Source: an uncultured Lachnospiraceae bacterium
GTDB taxonomy: Bacteria > Bacillota > Clostridia > Lachnospirales > Lachnospiraceae
Direction: 5' to 3'
Assembly (NCBI GenBank): GCA_910589105.1
Contig: CAJUST010000011.1
Span: 64,001-98,038, forward strand
DNA length: 34,038 bases
Under the pieces are notes generated by a model that was not told the DNA's origin, ran no database searches, and saw nothing but the letters and a program-made list of their open reading frames with translations. The position numbers and the translations under genes are program-made. The stretch's first letter is position 1; each line of letters starts with the position of its first letter. Shown in pieces: positions 28,396-34,038 of the stretch.

Positions 28396-28470
28396 GATGC
28401 CAGAGTAGGGACGGAATGGGCTGATGATGGCAAAAACCGGATTTGTCGGAGCGGAAAAGGAGAATATAAA

Positions 28471-29121
28471 ATGGCGTACATTTTAATTATAGAAGATGAG
28501 GAGCCGATTAACAGGCTGATCAAACAAAACTTGGCTCTTGCAGGGCATAGCTGCGATCAGGAATATGACGGATTAGCGGCAAAAGAGCGTTTATTATCGG
28601 ATAACAGGTATGATCTTGTGATTATGGACGTGATGCTGCCGCATATTGACGGATTTTCCCTGATGGAATATACAGGGGAAACGCCTGTGATTTTTCTGAC
28701 GGCAAAGAGCCGGATTGCGGATAAGCTGACGGGGCTGACAAGCGGCGCGTGGGATTATTTGACGAAACCGTTTGAGATGCTGGAACTGATCGCGCGCGTG
28801 AATCTGGTTCTTACGAAAACGCAAAAGGCGGTCAGCCGGATTTGCATTGCGGACACAAAAGTGGATTTGAAAGCGAGGAAAGTTTCGGTCTGCGGCAAGG
28901 AGACAGAACTTGCAAAACAGGAGTTTGATCTATTGGAAGCGTTGATTTTGAACAGGAATATTGCGCTTTCGAGAGAAAAATTATTGGAACTGGCTTGGGG
29001 ATATGATTTTATGGGAGATACGAGGACAGTCGATGTGCATATTACGAAACTAAGAAAAAAATTAAAGCTTGAAAACCATATTAAAACAGTTTACAAAATG
29101 GGCTACCGCCTAGAATTATAG
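28471..29121 (+). CDS. OmpR-family response regulator (receiver plus winged-helix domain)
   Basis: The start MAYILIIEDEE sits after aaaaggag. DLVIMDVMLP phospho-acceptor context. C-terminal trans_reg_C-like region with VDVHITKLRKKL. Confidence 0.85.
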   Translation: MAYILIIEDEEPINRLIKQNLALAGHSCDQEYDGLAAKERLLSDNRYDLVIMDVMLPHIDGFSLMEYTGETPVIFLTAKSRIADKLTGLTSGAWDYLTKPFEMLELIARVNLVLTKTQKAVSRICIADTKVDLKARKVSVCGKETELAKQEFDLLEALILNRNIALSREKLLELAWGYDFMGDTRTVDVHITKLRKKLKLENHIKTVYKMGYRLEL

Positions 29122-29136
29122 AAAAGGGATTTAAAG

Positions 29137-30501
29137 ATGCGTATTTGGCAGAAAATCTATTTTGCAGTATTGTTGTTGTTTTTATTGATGTTAAATGCCG
29201 GATTGTTTTTGGCGGCCGGATTTATTTTTTCTTATAATATGGATCAGGAACAGAAAAAGGCAGAAACGGACAGTTTTTTTCTTTGCCAGAATTTAGGACA
29301 TGATTTTACTATTTTAGGGCAGAACGCGCGTTTTACGGAAGAAACGGCCGCTCAGTTATTTGAGAGTTACCAGAGGTATTATCAGTCGCAAGGCATTGAG
29401 CTGACTTTGGAAAAAAGCGGTGGAAGCAATTCATTTGAAGTCCGTTCCACGGTTCAAAAAGGAGGGGGACAGATTGAGACGTATGCAAAACGGAGCTTAA
29501 AAGAGCCGTATGAGGATTATTTTATCCAATACCGGAAGCGGCTGTCAGAATTTGAGGGAATCTGGCGGGATCTGAAGCGGACGTTTGCTGTAATCAGCTT
29601 TGTCATGTCGGTTTTTCTTTGTGTGATTTTATATGTATGGATGCGCAGGATTTTAATGCCGCTTGGAGAATTAAATGAGGGTGTGGCGAAAATTGCATCG
29701 GGAGAATATGGGATTCGGGTTCCTTTCAAAAATAATACGGCATGGCAGAGAGATGAAATATCAGAGCTTTCACAAAATGTCAATAAAATGTCACAGATGA
29801 TTCAAAGGCAGATTGGAAGGTTAGAGGAGGAAAATGAGAAGAAACAGCAGTTAATGGACAATTTGGCGCATGAGCTTCGGACGCCGTTGACTTCGATTTA
29901 TGGATATGCGGAATATGCGCAGTTCGCAAACGCTGCGGACGAAGAAAAGTATGAAGGGCTGGCTTATATTATGGAAGAAAGCAGGCGGCTGGTAAAAATG
30001 AGCGAGACGATGCTTTCCATGCGTTTGTATGAGAAAGAAGAAAGAATAATGCTTCCGGTTGATTTGAAAATGCTTGCCGGACATCTTGAGAAAATTCTGG
30101 CGCCTAAATTAAAAGAAAAAAATTTAACGCTGAAAAAGGAGTTCGCCGTAGAAACGCTCTATGGAGAAGAAGATTTATTTCTGGCATTGTTTCGGAATCT
30201 TTTGGAAAATGCGGCGCGCGCAAGCAGGGAGGGCGATTTGATTATATGGAGTGTGACGCAGGAAGAAAAGATACAGACGATTGAAGTGATTGATTTTGGG
30301 ATCGGAATGCAAAAGGAGGATTTGGGCAGGATAACGGAAGCGTTTTACCGCATTGATAAAGCGAGATCCCGACAGGAAGGCGGCGTTGGACTTGGATTGT
30401 CTATTGTGGATTTAATTGTAAAAAAGATGGGCGGGACGCTTTCTTTTTCATCTGAACCGCAGAAGGGCACAAAAGTTACCATTGTTTTTACAACTTCATA
30501 A
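29137..30501 (+). CDS. Sensor histidine kinase (2 TM, HAMP, HisKA, HATPase_c)
   Basis: H-box LAHELRTPLTSI and the G-box region GGVGLGLSIV. Confidence 0.85.
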   Translation: MRIWQKIYFAVLLLFLLMLNAGLFLAAGFIFSYNMDQEQKKAETDSFFLCQNLGHDFTILGQNARFTEETAAQLFESYQRYYQSQGIELTLEKSGGSNSFEVRSTVQKGGGQIETYAKRSLKEPYEDYFIQYRKRLSEFEGIWRDLKRTFAVISFVMSVFLCVILYVWMRRILMPLGELNEGVAKIASGEYGIRVPFKNNTAWQRDEISELSQNVNKMSQMIQRQIGRLEEENEKKQQLMDNLAHELRTPLTSIYGYAEYAQFANAADEEKYEGLAYIMEESRRLVKMSETMLSMRLYEKEERIMLPVDLKMLAGHLEKILAPKLKEKNLTLKKEFAVETLYGEEDLFLALFRNLLENAARASREGDLIIWSVTQEEKIQTIEVIDFGIGMQKEDLGRITEAFYRIDKARSRQEGGVGLGLSIVDLIVKKMGGTLSFSSEPQKGTKVTIVFTTS

Positions 30502-30605
30502 TAAGGGCATAAAAAGCCGCTTATATTTTTTTGATAGAGTGTCCTTACCGGAAGAAAAGCCGGAATAAAGACGCAAGAAAGAATGGCGCGGGAAAGAAGG
30601 AAAAT

Positions 30606-31553
30606 ATGAAGAAAAAAAATGTATGTATGATGTTTGCGGCGGCTGGGATTTGCGCGGCATGCGCGCTTTTGCTGGTTGGGAGCATGGGGATTTATGCGGA
30701 AAAAACAGGAAAAGAACAGCTTATTCCTATATCATCGGATAGTGAAACGGCGCAAATGCTGTCCGATGTTTTGGAGGAAAGTATGGAACGCAAAACACCC
30801 GTGGCAAGCGGGCCGTTATCAGATGGGGAGTTAAAAAATATCTGGGATCGCATGTATGCAGAATATGAATCTTCAGATCAGGGGCGGGAGGAATTAAAAC
30901 AGGAGGAAACGGAAGCCGCATTGCATGAAAAACTGGTGAAAGAAGGCTATGGGGACGTGTATGGATTGTCTTTGGACTCCGCTAAGCTTGGCGTATCGGA
31001 TGCGGGCCTGCTTTTTCTAAAAGAGATAAACCGGCTGTTTCCAAAAGAACAGTTTGAAAGTTTCTACATTCGGAGTGCGCGTTTGGAAAGTGAGATTGGA
31101 GTGAACGGTTTATCATATATTGCATGGACAGGTTCTATCGTAAATATGGAAAATGCCGCAGATCCGTCCTATCGGTCGTATGATTTTGAAATTGATGCGA
31201 TAAGTGGGAAAATCAATTCATTTGGCAAATTTCGCCCTTATCAGGCAAATCAGGATTATTCTAAGATTTCTTGGACGGACGAGGAGATTTTGGAACAGGC
31301 AAAAGAACTGGCGGCAAACTATGGGCTGGCGTCTGGAGAAGAATTGGATTGGCAGAATGTGGAGCTTTTGAATGGGACAAATGAGGCTGGCTCTTTGATG
31401 GACGAACTGAAGCAGGACCCGGAAAGCAGCATAAGTCTGAGTAATGTAGTGAAGTTTCAGAAGAATGGGAAAATGAATTTTTATCTTGGCATGGATTTTG
31501 AGACAGGTGAACTTTGCAATTATTTCTGGCCGGGAACAAGCCATGGATATTAA
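30606..31553 (+). CDS. Secreted/membrane-anchored protein of unknown function, probably co-transcribed with the two-component system
   Basis: The start MKKKNVCMMFAAAGICAACALLL (signal peptide) has an RBS gaaggaaaat. The track start at 30531 lacks an RBS. Confidence 0.5.
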   Translation: MKKKNVCMMFAAAGICAACALLLVGSMGIYAEKTGKEQLIPISSDSETAQMLSDVLEESMERKTPVASGPLSDGELKNIWDRMYAEYESSDQGREELKQEETEAALHEKLVKEGYGDVYGLSLDSAKLGVSDAGLLFLKEINRLFPKEQFESFYIRSARLESEIGVNGLSYIAWTGSIVNMENAADPSYRSYDFEIDAISGKINSFGKFRPYQANQDYSKISWTDEEILEQAKELAANYGLASGEELDWQNVELLNGTNEAGSLMDELKQDPESSISLSNVVKFQKNGKMNFYLGMDFETGELCNYFWPGTSHGY

Positions 31554-31676
31554 GACGGCTGCGTGGGCTTGGGATAGGTTAGAGGGCAGGGCGTTAGGGC
31601 ATAAGATTCTTCTTTACAGGCAGATGGGAGTATGCTATATTTTAGATAGAATAAAAAATAAAAGAGGAGAATCATT

Positions 31677-31865
31677 ATGTCAAAGAAGCGTTTTGTGGAA
31701 ACCTATTCACAGGGAGTTACTAATTGCCATAGAATCATAGTGGATACGGAAACGGGAGTGAATTATTTAATCGTGTCAGAGGGCTCCATGTCAAGCCGCG
31801 GAGTGACGGTTCTGGTTGATCAGGACGGAAAACCACTTATTACGCCGATGAAGCCAAAAGAATAA
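31677..31865 (+). CDS. Small conserved hypothetical protein (62 aa)
   Basis: Strong RBS aaagaggag 8 nt upstream, and its own terminator immediately downstream. The GVNYL...GVTVLVDQDGKPLITP pattern recalls a small conserved family (possibly DUF6440-like; unverified). Confidence 0.5.
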   Translation: MSKKRFVETYSQGVTNCHRIIVDTETGVNYLIVSEGSMSSRGVTVLVDQDGKPLITPMKPKE

Positions 31866-31876
31866 GATGGATATGG

Positions 31877-31907
31877 GCAGTCCGATTTTTGCCGGACTGC
31901 TTTTTTT
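31877..31907 (+). terminator. Rho-independent terminator
   Basis: gcagtccg / cggactgc 8-bp stem, 8-nt loop, then TTTTTTT. Confidence 0.6.
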
Positions 31908-31993
31908 GCTGCAAATGGCGACACTGATGTGGAAAGAAAATCGGGGATTTTGGGCGGGAAAAAATGACTGTCTATGTGTTTGGGCGCCGGAGA

Positions 31994-33382
31994 TTATCCG
32001 TTTTTCTCCAAGGGAAAATTTAATGTAACGGAAAAATATTCTCCATCTGCGTGATGTGAGACAGAGCCGCCGATCCGTGACATAATTTTTTGTACGCTTT
32101 TCATTCCAATCTGTGTGCTCTCGATTTGTTTGAGATCCGTTTTTATTTTGTTTTTGAGAGAAACTGTTAGGAAAGCGTCTAAGGAAGCCGTAATGACAAC
32201 GGCTTCTTTTTTATCGGCATATTTTATGATATTGGAAAACAGATTATTGAATACCCGTTTTATCATTGTTTCGTCAGCCAAGACAGTAACAGGGCTGTCT
32301 GGGAGTTCAAATATGTGAAGATCTGCATTAAATCCGGTAAGACGCAGAAATTCTGTATGTTCTTGTATACTGTTTCGGAAAAAAGAGCAGGGAAGGCTTG
32401 CCAGATGGATGCTGTCTGTTGTAAGCGTGGTCTCATCATACACATAAGCATATTCAAACATTCGATCTGTCAGTTCTTTGATTTCATCAGTTTTTTGGAT
32501 ACAGCGGCTGATATATTCTGTATGCATCTCTTGTTTTGGGCTTAATTTTACGATTTCTAAATAGCCTTTTAAAATAGTGAGCGGCGTGCGCAGATCATGG
32601 GAAAGCGCCGTAATTAAATCACGGTTAGAGGCGTGGATTTCTTGCTCATGCAGAAAATTTTCTTGAAGCGCGCAGCGCAGTTTATTGAGTTCCTGCCCTA
32701 AAATGCCAAGTTCGTCTTCTCCGGCATAACGCACAGGGGTATGTAAATCACCGGAAGCCATCTGTAGAATGTCCTGTTTTAAACGGGCAATCGTTTTAAT
32801 TTTACGGCTGGCAAAAAACAGTATAAAAAACAGAAACAGGGCAATACAAAGTAATAATGAACATATTGTATAGGGCACAAAAAAACTTGTGGCGTGGTAA
32901 AAAACGACAATCACATTCGCATATCCGTTTTTAAATTCTACAGGACGTTCTATCCGCTGTTCCCCCAGTCCGTCTGTCCATTCCAATCCGGTTCGAAACA
33001 GAGCGGAATAGGTATTCTCTTGTGTCATAATCCGTGGAATCTGTCCGGCGCGGTAGAGCCCGTCTTCCAGTCCGTAAATATAAATAGCCGTATAGTCATC
33101 TGCCTGTGATAAATAAGGTTCTAAAGCTTCTTGGGCTTTCTTGTCGTTTTCGGATTCCGGCACATTATAGTGAATGGCGTCTGAATAAATCTTTTGCCAA
33201 ATGTCGTTTTGCGGCTTTTTAAAAATCGGAGGGCTGGAGGTGACGTCAGTGGAGAAAAAATACCATGCATCCCATTTTTGCAGCCAGAGAAACCGGAATA
33301 AAAGCATACAAAAAGCCCCGGCAATAAAGATCAGAAGGAGAAGTTTGGTTTGTATTTTTAAATGTTTTAATTTTTTTATCAT
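31994..33382 (-). CDS. Orphan sensor histidine kinase (2 TM, extracytoplasmic domain, HisKA, HATPase_c)
   Basis: H-box LSHDLRTPLTIL and a C-terminal ATPase domain. No response regulator on either side. Confidence 0.8.
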   Translation of the reverse strand: MIKKLKHLKIQTKLLLLIFIAGAFCMLLFRFLWLQKWDAWYFFSTDVTSSPPIFKKPQNDIWQKIYSDAIHYNVPESENDKKAQEALEPYLSQADDYTAIYIYGLEDGLYRAGQIPRIMTQENTYSALFRTGLEWTDGLGEQRIERPVEFKNGYANVIVVFYHATSFFVPYTICSLLLCIALFLFFILFFASRKIKTIARLKQDILQMASGDLHTPVRYAGEDELGILGQELNKLRCALQENFLHEQEIHASNRDLITALSHDLRTPLTILKGYLEIVKLSPKQEMHTEYISRCIQKTDEIKELTDRMFEYAYVYDETTLTTDSIHLASLPCSFFRNSIQEHTEFLRLTGFNADLHIFELPDSPVTVLADETMIKRVFNNLFSNIIKYADKKEAVVITASLDAFLTVSLKNKIKTDLKQIESTQIGMKSVQKIMSRIGGSVSHHADGEYFSVTLNFPLEKNG

Positions 33383-33921
33383 TATTTATATCCTTATAAA
33401 TTTTTTTCATTCATATTTTAAGTGTGAAAGCAGATAAGAATAAAAACCCATAAGACAGCAACCGCCCTAAAAATAAATTTTTGAGAAAAATGCAAAAGAG
33501 CATCGGATCGTATGCCATAATCTATATGTTGCTCACCGAAGCCCGCAACGGGGGGACGGTGTTTGCATGGCGTTATTCTTTATATTTCTTGTGACAGCCG
33601 CGGCAGGTTTGGCTGCCTCCTCATCAGCAAATGGCTAGACAGGAACGGCAGCGGCAACAAATTGCATAGGGGGAGCCTTTATCAGCTTAAAAAGAAGAAT
33701 CCCCCGACTGTACGCTGCTACGGTTTGGGGATTCATTCTGCGTTCATATGGAACTGTCATATCTTTTTGCCTGTTGGCATTATAGCATTTGTAAAAACTT
33801 TCTTCAATATGCTTTTCTCAATCTATAATTTATTGCTTTTCGCAGTCTAAAATTTATCTTTATCTTGTATCAGTCAATGCGTATAATCAAAAGTTTATCT
33901 TTTTTTGACACGAGAATCAAG

Positions 33922-33950
33922 TTGACAAATAAAATTCTATATGTTATTTT
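33922..33950 (+). promoter_or_regulatory. Promoter-like TTGACA-17-TATTTT immediately upstream of the heptamer array
   Basis: TTGACA at 33922-33927, a weak -10 TATTTT at 33945-33950. A second TTGACA sits at 33905-33910 and a TATAAT at 33882-33887. Confidence 0.3.
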
Positions 33951-34038
33951 AAGTAGTAAGTAGTAAGTAGTAAGTAGTAAGTGGTAAGTAGTAAGTAGTA
34001 AGTAGTAAGTAGTAAGTAGTAAGTAGTAAGTAGTAAGT
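33951..34038. repeat. Tandem heptanucleotide repeat (AAGTAGT)n, at least 12 copies with one variant (AAGTGGT); it runs off the window edge
   Basis: Counted directly: 12 full 7-nt units plus a partial 13th at the window boundary. Confidence 0.9.

Noticed and set aside
33440-33790. tmRNA, RNase P RNA, SRP RNA, T-box or glycine riboswitch
   Set aside because: Signature motifs are absent on both strands: GGAUUCGAC for tmRNA, GAAAGUCC for RNase P, the T-box AGGGUGGNACCGCG, and the ACCGAAGGAGCAA-type glycine core. It is kept only as an unclassified structured region.
33563-33850. 95-aa plus-strand ORF from the track
   Set aside because: No ribosome-binding site, Cys/Trp-rich low-complexity translation, and it overlaps the hairpin-dense GC island. 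It looks like a chance ORF.
33951-34038. CRISPR array
   Set aside because: The unit is only 7 nt and purely tandem, without spacers. There is no CRISPR array anywhere in the window.

Overview
This 34-kb window looks like Firmicutes (Clostridia/Lachnospiraceae-like) chromosome: tightly packed, with strong GGAGG-type ribosome-binding sites and TGA/TAA/TAG all used as stops. Most of it is ordinary core genes. Left to right these are: an mglBAC-type sugar ABC transporter (mglB truncated at the window start), a small membrane protein, a split PurH (PurO-type IMP cyclohydrolase plus an AICAR-formyltransferase-only PurH), convergent tmcAL, ackA, a TIGR00266/DUF124 protein, addB-addA, htrA, rpsI-rplM (minus strand), an OmpR-type response regulator and histidine kinase with a secreted protein, a small conserved ORF, and an orphan histidine kinase on the minus strand. 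Three things are not ordinary. (1) The most interesting is a minus-strand array of six genes running the same way (28201 down to 21848), bounded by a strong promoter (28243-28271) and a single strong terminator (21806-21837). It joins the radical-SAM/TIGR03915 putative DNA-repair pair to an unannotated four-gene module: two paralogous proteins (a shared N-terminal beta-rich domain plus long Q/E/K-rich coiled coils) flank a 90-aa protein and a stand-alone LanM-type dehydratase/kinase-fold protein (DUF4135-like, DLHQDN motif, no cyclase domain). (2) A GT-C/DUF2142-like polytopic membrane-protein gene (9570-11400) appears to be decaying: two in-frame TGA codons plus a frameshift at a G-run. (3) An AT-rich island of about 800 bp between htrA and rpsI holds a cryptic minus-strand ORF of about 138 aa, broken by a one-base frameshift in a poly-A/T tract and not visible in the ORF track. 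The right edge also carries a 7-nt tandem repeat (AAGTAGT, at least 12 copies, running off the window) just downstream of a promoter-like hexamer pair. Upstream of the repeat sits a GC-rich, hairpin-dense intergenic island with no recognisable RNA family. All annotations are from reading the sequence and motif recall; no database searches were run.
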